From: a virus
Lineage: Duplodnaviria; Caudoviricetes
DNA length: 38,856 nucleotides
Direction: 5' to 3' (one strand)
IMG/VR virus record: IMGVR_UViG_3300027774_000003
Coordinates: 1 to 38,856 of that record
Of the stretch, positions 9,374 to 19,455 are shown piece by piece. The position numbers were made by a program, and so were the translations under genes. The stretch's first letter is position 1, and every line of letters begins with the position of its first letter. The notes beneath the pieces were generated by a model, which searched no databases, was not told the origin of the DNA, and worked only from the letters and a program-made list of their open reading frames with translations.

Positions 9374-10384
9374 ATGGCGGTCCTGTCTGGCAAGTCCACG
9401 TCTGGAGAGTCAGCATTCGACAAATACATCGGCAACAACCGCATGTGGAAAGACCTCGTGCTTAAAGTCGAAGTTAATATGAATGCTACTTTCTTTAAGT
9501 CAAACAAAAAAGATACACATGGTGTGCTAAAGGCAGGCACAGAAATGAAACTTGCTGGCAACAGTAAAGATACCATTGGTAAACTGCAGGTAGCACATGT
9601 AAAGGTTGGATCTAAAACTGGGTATATTGCACTCAACAGGATCAGAAAACCTACCAAAACAAATGTCATGGCAGCAGAAGAAGCTGCTATGCGTGACCTA
9701 GATAAACTCATTAAGGATCTAGTTACACAACTGGGTCCTATTAAAATATGTACACCTAGTGGTGACTTCAAGAATTGTGTGGGTGTAAGAAATATAACTG
9801 AAAAAGTTTTAGGTAGAGAAGCAAAGGCCGACTTTGCAATCTATGATGATAAGGATAAGGATCAGATCTTTATCTCTCACAAGAAAGCAGGTGGACCTGC
9901 TGCTTATCAGCAGTATGGTGGTGTCTCCCCTAAGTCTGGTAGTGCCAATAACCCTACACTGATCTATGAAGATGCTGAGACTAAAAACTTTCTAAGAAAA
10001 GTTGCAGGTTATATTGTTGGTGACAGACTACAGAATCCTGTCTACTCATATGTGAAGAGCAATACACTTATCAATAGATCTGTGTATGGTCCTGCTTATG
10101 GGGGCAAGTATGGTATAGATAATGTAAATATGATCGCACAGGGCAATCCCAAACTCACACCTAAACGTGGTGAGGAAGCATGTTTCAATCTGACATTCTC
10201 TGACCATGTATCATGGAATGGTGACTCGGATTACTTCTCTAGAGGAGGATACCGAGCTGCCTTTGCTGCTACCTACAGAGCAGGCAGAGGATTTGATATT
10301 GATGGGCAACGATACAACGGTGCCCGTGTGGCAATTTACCCAGTGGCACTGGTGAGCAACCGTACTGGCGCTGAGGAGGTATAA
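9374..10384 (+). CDS. Hypothetical protein: SH3-like N-terminus plus putative PD-(D/E)XK-like nuclease
   Basis: E..A helix (AAEEAA), then KADF..Y......IFISHK pattern; N-terminal ..VKVGSKTGYIALNRIRKP. Confidence 0.6.
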   Translation: MAVLSGKSTSGESAFDKYIGNNRMWKDLVLKVEVNMNATFFKSNKKDTHGVLKAGTEMKLAGNSKDTIGKLQVAHVKVGSKTGYIALNRIRKPTKTNVMAAEEAAMRDLDKLIKDLVTQLGPIKICTPSGDFKNCVGVRNITEKVLGREAKADFAIYDDKDKDQIFISHKKAGGPAAYQQYGGVSPKSGSANNPTLIYEDAETKNFLRKVAGYIVGDRLQNPVYSYVKSNTLINRSVYGPAYGGKYGIDNVNMIAQGNPKLTPKRGEEACFNLTFSDHVSWNGDSDYFSRGGYRAAFAATYRAGRGFDIDGQRYNGARVAIYPVALVSNRTGAEEV

Positions 10385-10391
10385 TAAAGGC

Positions 10392-11588
10392 ATGGCAAAA
10401 AACACACACCTAGAGCACCTCGAAGACGACATCTTCAATCAGGGATATGCTGGCGCTACCAACGCCATCAAATTCCTTGAGTCCTTGCGTGACATGCTCA
10501 CGTCTGGTAAGGGTGGTAACAACACCAAGGTCACTGTCAAGTGGGATGGTGCTCCTGCAATTATTTGTGGCAAAGATCCTGAGACAGGGTTGTTTTTCGT
10601 GGGTAACAAGTCAGTCTTTAATAAGACTAACCCTAAGATCTGTTACTCCTATGCTGACATTGACTTCCATTATGATGGTGCTCTCAATGGCATTCTTAAA
10701 GCGTGTCTCGATCAACTCGGCAAACTCCCTATCAAAGGAGTGATCCAAGGTGACTTGCTCTACACTAAGAGACCCACAGTCATTGCAATGCGTGGTCGTC
10801 CTTGCTACCACTTCAAACCCAACACTATCACCTATGTGATTCCAAAGCACTCTGAGTTGGGACAGAAGGTTGCTGCCAGCAAACTCGGTATTGTATTCCA
10901 CACCTCCTATAAAGGATCCACCATCGGTGAGATGAGTGCTGGTTTCGGTGTTGATGTGTCTGGTATGCAGGGTGTGAAAGACGTTGCAGTCTTCTCCTCT
11001 ACCTTCCAGAATACTAACGGTATTGCAAATCTTACAGGTGGTGAGATCACTAGACTCAACAGCACTATTCAGAAGGCACAACGTAGTCTTGTCAAGGGTA
11101 AGAAGTTTCTAGATCAGATCCAGAAGGCAGGTGGACCACAGACCTTTTCACCTCCTGCTCTCTTCAAGATCTATTTCAACCAAGTTATTCGTGGTGGCAA
11201 AATCCCCACTGCAGAAGGTATCGCCTCTGGTTATATCAACTTCGTGACCAATAAGTATGACGCTGAGATCAAGAAGAAAAAGACTGAGAAATCACAGCAA
11301 GAATGGAAGCGTCGTAAGGTTGACGCTCTCAGTTACCTAAATAATAATAAGTCTGTAATGATTCATACATTTACTGGATTCAAAGACCTTATCGCTGCAA
11401 AAGAGCAAGTGATAAATAAACTCAAGAAGATTGAAGGCGTGGGTACTTTCTTGGAAGACGAGAAAGGATACCGTGTCACAAGTCCAGAAGGATTTGTTGC
11501 AATCATGGATGGACAAGCAATCAAACTTGTTGATCGTCTAGAGTTTTCAAGAGCAAACTTCACCGTCGCAAAAGATTGGGGAAAATGA
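10392..11588 (+). CDS. Conserved T4-like protein (DUF6267-like) with ATP-dependent ligase/covalent nucleotidyltransferase motifs
   Basis: NTHLEHLED, TVKWDGAPA (KxDG), QGDLLY, PEGFVA, IKLVDRLEFS. Confidence 0.75.
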   Translation: MAKNTHLEHLEDDIFNQGYAGATNAIKFLESLRDMLTSGKGGNNTKVTVKWDGAPAIICGKDPETGLFFVGNKSVFNKTNPKICYSYADIDFHYDGALNGILKACLDQLGKLPIKGVIQGDLLYTKRPTVIAMRGRPCYHFKPNTITYVIPKHSELGQKVAASKLGIVFHTSYKGSTIGEMSAGFGVDVSGMQGVKDVAVFSSTFQNTNGIANLTGGEITRLNSTIQKAQRSLVKGKKFLDQIQKAGGPQTFSPPALFKIYFNQVIRGGKIPTAEGIASGYINFVTNKYDAEIKKKKTEKSQQEWKRRKVDALSYLNNNKSVMIHTFTGFKDLIAAKEQVINKLKKIEGVGTFLEDEKGYRVTSPEGFVAIMDGQAIKLVDRLEFSRANFTVAKDWGK

Positions 11589-12691
11589 GATTTATTCAAT
11601 TCATCAGGGAGGCAACAGAGGCAGCGAAGAAGCCTAAGAAACCTTCTACGTCTGCGAAGGGAAGGTCATCTGCCGCTGACAAAAAAATAGAAGACAAACA
11701 TGTCGCTATTACCTTCGGTAGGTTTAACCCACCTCATGCAGGTCATGGTAAACTTCTTGATGCAGTGAAGGCACACGGTGGTGACTCAGGTAACTATCGT
11801 ATCTACCCATCTAGATCTCAGGACCATAAAAAGAATCCATTGTCTGCACAGCAGAAGGTGGACCACATGCGTAAGATGTTTAAGGGGCACAAAGATGCTA
11901 TCCAAAACAACGAAGCACATAGAAATATCTTTGACATTCTTCGTGACCTTCATGATGAAGGACATGAGCACGTTACTATGGTGGTCGGTGATGACCGTGT
12001 GAAGGAGTTTGAGAAACTCACAAACAAATATAATGGTATGCACTATGACTTCAAGTCTATTAACATTAAGTCTGCAGGTGCTCGCTCTACTGATTCTGAT
12101 GATCCTATCGAGAATCTGTCTGCATCCGCAATGCGAAAGCATGCCCAAGGGGGAGATCATGACAACTTCCATATTGGGACTGGTGGATACAAAGACTCTA
12201 AAAAACTAATGGCAGATGTCATCGCAGGGATGACACCTCCAGCAAAGGCGAAGAAAGGTAAGAAGGGTGAGTCAGTCCATGAATCTGTCTGGACATACGC
12301 ACCTAAACTAGACTTCGATGCCTTCCGTGATTACTATATGCTCAACCAGATCTATAAGGTTGGTGCTATTGTAGAGCATGACGACAGTGGTGTGGTCGGT
12401 AAGATCGTCCACCGTGGTCCTAACTACATCATCATGGAAGATGGTCTCGGTGGTGAGCACCGTGCATGGTTGCAGCATGTGACTGAGATGTCTGATGCTG
12501 AAGTCCAAGCAAGAGCTGCTGACACTACTAAAGATCAAAGCAACTACAGTGCTGACGATGGCAGTGGCAACACATGGAAAGCAGGCACTGATAGATACAG
12601 AGAAGCATTACAGAATATGACACCTGGTCAGAAACCTGTCAAATTCTCAGAATTTACTGCTTCAATTAGAAAAACTGCTGAAACTAAATAG
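11585..12691 (+). CDS. Cytidylyltransferase-like (HxGH) nucleotidyltransferase
   Basis: TFGRFNPPHAGH, KNPL, MVVGDDRV, SAGAR, SASAMR; probable start MRFIQFIRE at 11585. Confidence 0.9.
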   Translation: MRFIQFIREATEAAKKPKKPSTSAKGRSSAADKKIEDKHVAITFGRFNPPHAGHGKLLDAVKAHGGDSGNYRIYPSRSQDHKKNPLSAQQKVDHMRKMFKGHKDAIQNNEAHRNIFDILRDLHDEGHEHVTMVVGDDRVKEFEKLTNKYNGMHYDFKSINIKSAGARSTDSDDPIENLSASAMRKHAQGGDHDNFHIGTGGYKDSKKLMADVIAGMTPPAKAKKGKKGESVHESVWTYAPKLDFDAFRDYYMLNQIYKVGAIVEHDDSGVVGKIVHRGPNYIIMEDGLGGEHRAWLQHVTEMSDAEVQARAADTTKDQSNYSADDGSGNTWKAGTDRYREALQNMTPGQKPVKFSEFTASIRKTAETK

Positions 12692-12720
12692 TAATACGAA
12701 ATTCATTTCGGTTTAGAAAC

Positions 12721-13587
12721 ATGACGTTAGAAATGCTGGTGTCTGCGGCACTGATGGATTACAATCCCACTGAGCAGGCATATATCCTCAAGGCAATCGA
12801 AGAAGATGTCCTTCCCAAATCACAGAGACTCCACACAGGTGTCATGAAAGTGATGGAAGCATTCGATGCTTATGAGCCTACAGTAGAAGGCTATGCAGGA
12901 TTCCAAGTTGATCGCAATACTGTCAACAAGAAGAAGGCAGAGCATAAGGATGACCGAAATGTAGGTCGTGTTGTCCAATCTGGTGGTGACTCTATGCTCA
13001 TCACTGGTAAGAAGGCAGACGGTCGTTACATCGTTGTCGGTAAGAAAGGCGAGAAGTCAGCGAGAGATGCTGCTGACTTGGGTGTCACCAAGAAAGAAGA
13101 AGTGGTTGGCATCGATATCGAAGACCTCCATCATGAAATGCTAGAAGGTCTCAAGCAAGCACGCAAGAATGTTGGTGCCAGTAAATGCTGGGACGGATAC
13201 AAAGCAAAGGGCACAAAGACTAAGGGCGGAAAGCAAGTCCCTAACTGTGTCAAAGAAGAAGAAATTGATGAGATTTACAAAGGTAAACACGGTCAGTCTG
13301 AGAAAGAGTATCAAGACAGTCGCTCCGATGGCGGCAAGATGGTCTCAGGTGACAGTAAAGGTAGTGGTGCATCCTACGCTTCGCGTAGTATGAAAGGCAC
13401 TGGTCCTAATCCTGCTGGTGGCAGCAAAAAACCTGCTGGTCAAGGTCGTATGACCTCTGGCGCTAGGGCAGATCTTGCTTACCGCAAGGCAAATCTCAAG
13501 AAGAGCAATGAAAGTTTTATAAATAAACTGTCCGACTCAGGATTGTTTACTGAAGCTGAGTTGCAAAAGATGGGGGAGATGGAATGA
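12721..13587 (+). CDS. Probable virion internal protein (modular, K/G/E-rich)
   Basis: Late promoter CTAAATA at 12685; KCWDGYK..GTK.KGGKQVPNCV and YKGKHGQS modules separated by xxE sites. Confidence 0.7.
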   Translation: MTLEMLVSAALMDYNPTEQAYILKAIEEDVLPKSQRLHTGVMKVMEAFDAYEPTVEGYAGFQVDRNTVNKKKAEHKDDRNVGRVVQSGGDSMLITGKKADGRYIVVGKKGEKSARDAADLGVTKKEEVVGIDIEDLHHEMLEGLKQARKNVGASKCWDGYKAKGTKTKGGKQVPNCVKEEEIDEIYKGKHGQSEKEYQDSRSDGGKMVSGDSKGSGASYASRSMKGTGPNPAGGSKKPAGQGRMTSGARADLAYRKANLKKSNESFINKLSDSGLFTEAELQKMGEME

Positions 13588-13967
13588 AACCCGTTGGTCA
13601 CAAAGAATCATCTCTAAAGACAACCAAGAAAGGAAATGTCACCATCAATCCAAAAAAAGAGGATCTTATGTCCGAGCATTTAAGAAGTAGACTCAAGAGT
13701 AGCGTTGAAGCACTCAAAGAAGCTGCTAAGAAGAAAGACAAACACATTAAAGCTGCGAAGGCAGGCAAACGTTGGCAGGATTCTGACGGCGATGGCAAGT
13801 GGTATGAGCCTGGCGAAGATGTTGCTGTCAAAAAAGAAGAAACATGTGCGCCTTCTATGAAGAAGGCAGATGATACTGAAGCGAAAGCAAAGTCTAAAGA
13901 GCGCATGAAGCAGAAGATGATGCAAGCTACAATCGATTTCGACCGAAAAAGAATGGGTGGTAAGTGA
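13584..13967 (+). CDS. Probable virion internal protein
   Basis: Upstream TATAAATA at 13518; WQDSDGDGKWYE Ca-loop-like motif; highly basic. Confidence 0.65.
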   Translation: MKPVGHKESSLKTTKKGNVTINPKKEDLMSEHLRSRLKSSVEALKEAAKKKDKHIKAAKAGKRWQDSDGDGKWYEPGEDVAVKKEETCAPSMKKADDTEAKAKSKERMKQKMMQATIDFDRKRMGGK

Positions 13968-14003
13968 TCGCATATATAGATTAAACCCTATGAGGATTGA
14001 TCT

Positions 14004-14180
14004 ATGTGGGCATTACTCCTACCATTAGCAAAGAAGACAATCGGTAATCTCCTCCAGAAAGACGAAGTGCGTCAGTATCTGGTAGAGGTTTTGCGTTCGT
14101 TGGCATCGACCACGGACAACAAACTTGATGACAAAGCAGTCGATGTCGTTGAATCACTCTTGTTTCAGAAAGAAGAATAG
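14004..14180 (+). CDS. Small conserved protein (58 aa)
   Basis: Manual: MWALLLPLAKKTIGNLLQKDEVRQYLVEVLRSLASTTDNKLDDKAVDVVESLLFQKEE; GAGG SD. Confidence 0.8.
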   Translation: MWALLLPLAKKTIGNLLQKDEVRQYLVEVLRSLASTTDNKLDDKAVDVVESLLFQKEE

Positions 14181-14220
14181 CTATAAATAACTTATAGGAA
14201 CATCTTCTACACGGAGTACA

Positions 14221-15003
14221 ATGGCAATTTTTGGAAAAATTGATGCCGCAACTTTCGGAAACAACGTAGCGGTCACCAATGGTGACGCCACTGTTACTAA
14301 GAATGCTGCGGATACAGTCGTCGTTGGCGACATTATTGAGCTCTCTAGCGTTGCATATATTGTTAGAGAAGTTACAAGCACAACTTCAATCGAGTTACAC
14401 AAAGCGTATGCAGGTAGCACTGACAGTGCTCTTGCTGGTGCTGTCCGCAGGACTGCCCCTAAGGCAGTTGCAGAATTCGTAGTCAAGGGTGGCGACTCTC
14501 GCTCTCGTGACCTCGTATTCGTTGACGACACTGAGCAATCAATCGCTGCTAACAAAGCTCGTGGCATCTGGGGTCCTGGTTGGTGGCTTTATGAGTCATA
14601 CCAGACCGCTGCAGGTGACACCCGTCACAAAGCTGAGTGTATTGCATTCGTCCACGCTACCGCTGCTGTTGCTGGCGACGATGCAGACGATACAGTTGTT
14701 GCAGACGTGCTTGAGACAATCACTATCGGCACTCAACCTTCTAACCAGACCTCATCTAGTGGTGCTGCAACCTTCACTGTTGCTGCAACCGTTGATCAGT
14801 CTGGCACAATCACTTATCAGTGGCAGAAGAAATCTTCTGGAAGTAGTCGTTTCGCAAACGTGTCTGGCGCAACCAGTGCATCTCTTGTGCTGAGTGGTCA
14901 AACTGCTGCTAACGATGGCGATAAGTATAGAGTGAAGATCAACACCAGCAAAGGTGCTGAGGAAGTCGTCTCTGACTCTGCAACGTTGACCTTCGGATCC
15001 TGA
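14221..15003 (+). CDS. Virion structural protein with C-terminal Ig-like domain (possible capsid decoration)
   Basis: TATAAATA at 14182; TITIGTQP..TFTVAA..TYQWQK..DGDKYRV..SDSATLT Ig signature. Confidence 0.8.
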   Translation: MAIFGKIDAATFGNNVAVTNGDATVTKNAADTVVVGDIIELSSVAYIVREVTSTTSIELHKAYAGSTDSALAGAVRRTAPKAVAEFVVKGGDSRSRDLVFVDDTEQSIAANKARGIWGPGWWLYESYQTAAGDTRHKAECIAFVHATAAVAGDDADDTVVADVLETITIGTQPSNQTSSSGAATFTVAATVDQSGTITYQWQKKSSGSSRFANVSGATSASLVLSGQTAANDGDKYRVKINTSKGAEEVVSDSATLTFGS

Positions 15004-15022
15004 TAACTGACACCCTTACATA

Positions 15023-15394
15023 ATGCACTTTGATTTACTTAATGAGAAAAACTATTTGATGTTTGCCATTCAGCATTATGATAACCCACAGTCGGTTACC
15101 GTAGATGATTTTATGGAGGACATGAAAAAATTCAAATATCTTAAGAGACTGCTTAAAAGATATTTGAAGACTGGTGTCCTCCGTATCAATTTGATACTGA
15201 ATCATCTAATAATTTTGTTTAATGTTTTTGGCGAGGGCACTATCCCTCTACTCATGTATAAACTAGAAAGGGAATACTGGTCTCTCATAAAGACCTTCCT
15301 TGTATACCTGAATAGATATCCACAAATACAAGCTGGATCTCTTGACTTTGTTGATATAGATAACGACGTAAAGGAATTACTAGAAGACCTGTAA
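15023..15394 (+). CDS. Conserved T4-like hypothetical protein
   Basis: LMFAIQHYDNPQ...KFKYLKRLL...LILNHLIILFNVFG. Confidence 0.85.
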   Translation: MHFDLLNEKNYLMFAIQHYDNPQSVTVDDFMEDMKKFKYLKRLLKRYLKTGVLRINLILNHLIILFNVFGEGTIPLLMYKLEREYWSLIKTFLVYLNRYPQIQAGSLDFVDIDNDVKELLEDL

Positions 15395-15780
15395 TGAATG
15401 AAGACGCACCTACAATGAGTGTTGGAAACGGCGGCATGACTGCAGCAGCAGATGCCACGGGTCCTAATGCAGGTTTTGATCCTCTCCTTGGAGGGTCAAA
15501 GAAAAAACCTAGGAAGCGTCGTCGTTATACAATCTCCCAGTCTGAGATGTTAAAGACTGAGGGAGCACAGAAAGATGGATCATACTTGCCATTTCTGATT
15601 TCCTATGATGGAGCAGAGCAGTATGTGTTGTATAGTAAGTCCCAAGCATCACTGAAGATAGAGCTTCGTAAGATCTATCGACCAGAAAACTTTAAGAAGT
15701 TAGATGTTAAACGTTTGTATCCTAATGATGTCATCCAATTCTATTGGAAGAAACGACAACAAGCACTTAGGGCGGAGTAA
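15394..15780 (+). CDS. Hypothetical protein
   Basis: 128 aa; MNEDAPTMSVG N-terminus; TAATG coupling on both sides. Confidence 0.75.
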   Translation: MNEDAPTMSVGNGGMTAAADATGPNAGFDPLLGGSKKKPRKRRRYTISQSEMLKTEGAQKDGSYLPFLISYDGAEQYVLYSKSQASLKIELRKIYRPENFKKLDVKRLYPNDVIQFYWKKRQQALRAE

Positions 15781-16214
15781 TGGCAGAAAACATTAACACT
15801 GCGATTCTAGAGAGACTAGAAAGAGTAGTCGAGACACTACAAGAAAATAATGTAAAGATGGGACAGATGCTTGCTGTCCATAATGAAAAACTATCCAAGC
15901 AAGATGAAGTAGATCAGGTATTGTTTGAGAAGATTGACAGACTACATTCTGATCTCAACAAAGATACAGAAGCAATCAAGAGAGGTTGCGAGCGTGACAT
16001 TAGACTGATCGATGATCGTTTGAGGACAATGGAGAAGAAGATGTGGACCATTGCTGGTGCTCTATCTCTCATTGCCTTTCTCGTTAGCGTACCAGGTCAG
16101 ATGCTGATAAGAAACTTGACTAACCAAAATAAAACTGGTATGCTACCTGCAGTGGAATCTCCTGCATGGATTACGTCGATGACAAATACATCAGACTTCT
16201 CAGCACTAGGCTAG
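15780..16214 (+). CDS. Coiled-coil protein with C-terminal TM helix
   Basis: LAVHNEKL heptads, then RLRTMEKKMWTIAGALSLIAFLV. Confidence 0.8.
   Translation: MAENINTAILERLERVVETLQENNVKMGQMLAVHNEKLSKQDEVDQVLFEKIDRLHSDLNKDTEAIKRGCERDIRLIDDRLRTMEKKMWTIAGALSLIAFLVSVPGQMLIRNLTNQNKTGMLPAVESPAWITSMTNTSDFSALG
16116..16144 (+). promoter_or_regulatory. Sigma70-like early promoter for primase
   Basis: TTGACT-17 nt-TATGCT. Confidence 0.55.
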
Positions 16215-17158
16215 ACAAATATAAACACGTCAAGTCTGGACTCTATAACTTCCGATGCCCTTACTGTGGTGACTCACAGAAGCATAAGAATAAGGCACGG
16301 GGGTATTTTTTTCTGAAGAAAACAGAATACATTTACAAGTGTCATAACTGTGGCATTGGTAGATCGTTGTCTAATTTTCTAAAAGATCATGCAGTTGATC
16401 TGCATGATCAGTATGTCATGGAAAAATATAAGCAGGGGATGACTGGTAAGGGTAGACATACACCCTCTCCAAAATACACAGGTGCCAAACCAAAGTTTGC
16501 AAAGAAGGTGGCAGATTGCATACCTATCAGCGAGCTAAATATAGAGCACCCCGCCAAGAAGTATCTACTTGATAGAAGAATACCTGAGGATCAACTGGGT
16601 AGATTCTTCTATGTTGAGAAATTTAAGAGGTGGGTCAACACACAACGTCCAACATTTGAAAACCTACAGAATGATAGACCTAGAATTATTATCCCTCTCA
16701 TTGGTAAAGACGGTGTGTGGTTTGGCATACAGGGTAGATCACTGGCGGCATCAAGCAACCTACGATACATTACAGTAATGTTTGAGGATCGCCTCAAACT
16801 ATTTGGACAAGATTATGTAAACCCTGAGGAGACAGTTTATGTCACGGAAGGACCATTTGACTCCACTTTCATTAGACAAGCTATTGCTATGTGTGGTAGT
16901 GATGTTGACCATCGCACTCTACCTTATAAGGATAGGGTCTGGGTCTTCGACAACGAACCTAGAAACAGACAGATTGTGCAAAGACTTGACTCCGCAATCA
17001 CGAGCGGAGAATCAGTTGTCATATGGCCAAAGACAATAAGGCACAAAGATATAAATGATATGGTGTTGGCAGGACTTGACCCTTCTGCTATAATAAAATC
17101 CAACACCTTTTCAGGATTAAAAGCAAAGGTACAACTTACAGATTGGAAAAAGGTATGA
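16166..17158 (+). CDS. gp61: DNA primase (T4 gp61)
   Basis: Zn finger CPYCGDS...CHNC; TOPRIM EGPFDS, FDNEPRN, KDINDM. Confidence 0.97.
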   Translation: MDYVDDKYIRLLSTRLDKYKHVKSGLYNFRCPYCGDSQKHKNKARGYFFLKKTEYIYKCHNCGIGRSLSNFLKDHAVDLHDQYVMEKYKQGMTGKGRHTPSPKYTGAKPKFAKKVADCIPISELNIEHPAKKYLLDRRIPEDQLGRFFYVEKFKRWVNTQRPTFENLQNDRPRIIIPLIGKDGVWFGIQGRSLAASSNLRYITVMFEDRLKLFGQDYVNPEETVYVTEGPFDSTFIRQAIAMCGSDVDHRTLPYKDRVWVFDNEPRNRQIVQRLDSAITSGESVVIWPKTIRHKDINDMVLAGLDPSAIIKSNTFSGLKAKVQLTDWKKV

Positions 17159-19455
17159 GCGACATTTCAGTTGTCAAGCGCAACGGACAGGTGGAGGATC
17201 TTCACCTAACTAAAATTCATGACATGGTAGAGCACGCTTGCAAAGGTCTTGCAGGTGTATCTGAATCGGCAGTAGAAATGAATGCCAACCTTCAAGTTTT
17301 TGATGGTATTAAAACCAGTGACATTCAGGAAATTCTTATTCGCTCTGCCAACGACCTGATTACATTAGAGGCACCAAACTATCAATTTGTAGCAGCACGG
17401 TTGCTGCTGTTTGGTCTTCGTAAGCAGGTATATAACGGACACCCAGACCTCCGTCCTCACATTCAAGAGCATGTCTGGGACTGTATTGAGCGTGGAGTCT
17501 ATGACAAAGCGATCTACAGTGCATACGACGATGAAGAGTGGGATCGGATTGAATCATTCATTGATCATGACCGTGACTATTTGTTTACATACGCTGGATT
17601 AAGGCAGGTTGTAGATAAATACCTCGTGCAGGATCGGTCATCTGGTGAGGTCTTTGAGACCCCACAGCAGATGTATATCATGATCGCCGCTACTCTCTTC
17701 CAAAAATATCCCAAAGAGACACGACTCGATTATGTCAAGAGATACTACAACGCAATCTCAAAACACAGGATCAACATCCCGACGCCAATCATGGCAGGAG
17801 TGCGGACTCCGCTTCGACAATTTGCAAGCTGCGTTCTTGTGGATGCTGATGACACCCTCGATAGCATTTTTAGTAGTGACATGGCTATCGGTTACTATGT
17901 TGCTCAAAGGGCTGGCATCGGTATTAACGCTGGAAGAATCCGTGGCATCAACAGTAAAATCAGGGGCGGTGAAGTTCAGCACACAGGCGTTATTCCATTT
18001 CTCAAAAAGTTTGAGTCAACTGTCAGATGCTGCACTCAAAATGGCGTCAGAGGTGGAAGCGCAACAGTCCACTTCCCGATCTGGCACAAAGAAATAGAAG
18101 ACATCCTTGTCCTTAAAAATAATAAGGGCACGGAAGATAATAGGGTAAGAAAACTTGACTATTCTATCCAAATTAGCAAACTATTTTATGAAAGATTCAT
18201 CGGAAATCGAGAGATGGCGCTTTTCAGCCCTCATGATGTCCCTGAGTTGTATGACTCTTTCGGCACTGATAGCTTTGATGACTTGTATTGTAGTTACGAG
18301 CAAGATCAATCGATCCCTAGAAACACAGTCAACGCTCAACAGCTCTTCCTTGACCTACTAAAAGAGAGAGCAGAGACTGGTCGTATTTACATTATGAATA
18401 TCGACCACTGCAATACACACTCATCATTCAAGGACAAGGTGAGTATGTCCAACCTCTGTCAGGAGATCACTCTCCCCACAGATCCCATCCGTCATATTGA
18501 TGATGACGCAGGAGAGATTGCATTGTGCATTCTGTCTGCTATCAATGTGGGTAAGATTAAAAGCATTGATGAGATGGAGAATCTTTGTGACCTTTCAGTC
18601 AGAGCACTGGAGGAGTTGATTGATTACCAAGAGTATCCTGTCGCTGCTGCACGTCGTAGCACACTGGCACGTCGCTCCTTGGGTATTGGATTCATCGGTC
18701 TGGCACATTACCTTGCCAAACATGGTGAGCACTATGATGATAAAGGTGCATTGAAACTGGTCCATGAGTTGACAGAAGCATTCCAATACTACCTCTTGAA
18801 AGCATCTAATAAACTTGCTGAAGAGCGTGGTGCATGCGAAGGATTCCATCGCACAAAGTATTGCGATGGACTTCTCCCGATAGATACATATAAGAAGGAC
18901 GTGGATGAATTAGTAGCACCAGAATATAAGTATGATTGGGATAGTCTCAGAGAATCTATCGAAGAGTTTGGTCTTAGGCATAGCACCTTGTCTGCACAAA
19001 TGCCTTCCGAAAGTAGCTCTGTGGTATCAAACGCAACTAATGGCATTGAGCCACCTCGTGACTACCTCTCTATTAAGAAATCTAAAAAAGGACCACTCAA
19101 ACAGATTGTCCCACAATATACTACACTGAAGAATAACTACACATTGCTCTGGGATATGCCTTCCAACAAAGGTTATATCGAAATCGTCTCAGTGATGCAG
19201 AAATTCTTTGACCAAGGAATTAGTGGCAACTGGTCTTACAATCCAGAGAAGTTTGACAACAATGAAGTCCCAGTGTCTGTCATGGCACAGGATTTACTTT
19301 CCACTTACAAATATGGTTGGAAGACTTCCTATTATCAAAATACATACGACGCCAAACGTGACCCAGATGTTGAAGAGACACAACAAAAACTAGACAATCT
19401 CCTAGCAGAGATAGATGCAAGCGAAGAGTCTGAGTGCGACGCTTGCAATGTCTAA
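17155..19455 (+). CDS. nrdA: Class Ia ribonucleotide reductase alpha subunit
   Basis: ATP cone VVKRNG, PTPIMAG, SCVL, SNLCQEI, C-terminal CDAC. Confidence 0.98.
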   Translation: MSDISVVKRNGQVEDLHLTKIHDMVEHACKGLAGVSESAVEMNANLQVFDGIKTSDIQEILIRSANDLITLEAPNYQFVAARLLLFGLRKQVYNGHPDLRPHIQEHVWDCIERGVYDKAIYSAYDDEEWDRIESFIDHDRDYLFTYAGLRQVVDKYLVQDRSSGEVFETPQQMYIMIAATLFQKYPKETRLDYVKRYYNAISKHRINIPTPIMAGVRTPLRQFASCVLVDADDTLDSIFSSDMAIGYYVAQRAGIGINAGRIRGINSKIRGGEVQHTGVIPFLKKFESTVRCCTQNGVRGGSATVHFPIWHKEIEDILVLKNNKGTEDNRVRKLDYSIQISKLFYERFIGNREMALFSPHDVPELYDSFGTDSFDDLYCSYEQDQSIPRNTVNAQQLFLDLLKERAETGRIYIMNIDHCNTHSSFKDKVSMSNLCQEITLPTDPIRHIDDDAGEIALCILSAINVGKIKSIDEMENLCDLSVRALEELIDYQEYPVAAARRSTLARRSLGIGFIGLAHYLAKHGEHYDDKGALKLVHELTEAFQYYLLKASNKLAEERGACEGFHRTKYCDGLLPIDTYKKDVDELVAPEYKYDWDSLRESIEEFGLRHSTLSAQMPSESSSVVSNATNGIEPPRDYLSIKKSKKGPLKQIVPQYTTLKNNYTLLWDMPSNKGYIEIVSVMQKFFDQGISGNWSYNPEKFDNNEVPVSVMAQDLLSTYKYGWKTSYYQNTYDAKRDPDVEETQQKLDNLLAEIDASEESECDACNV

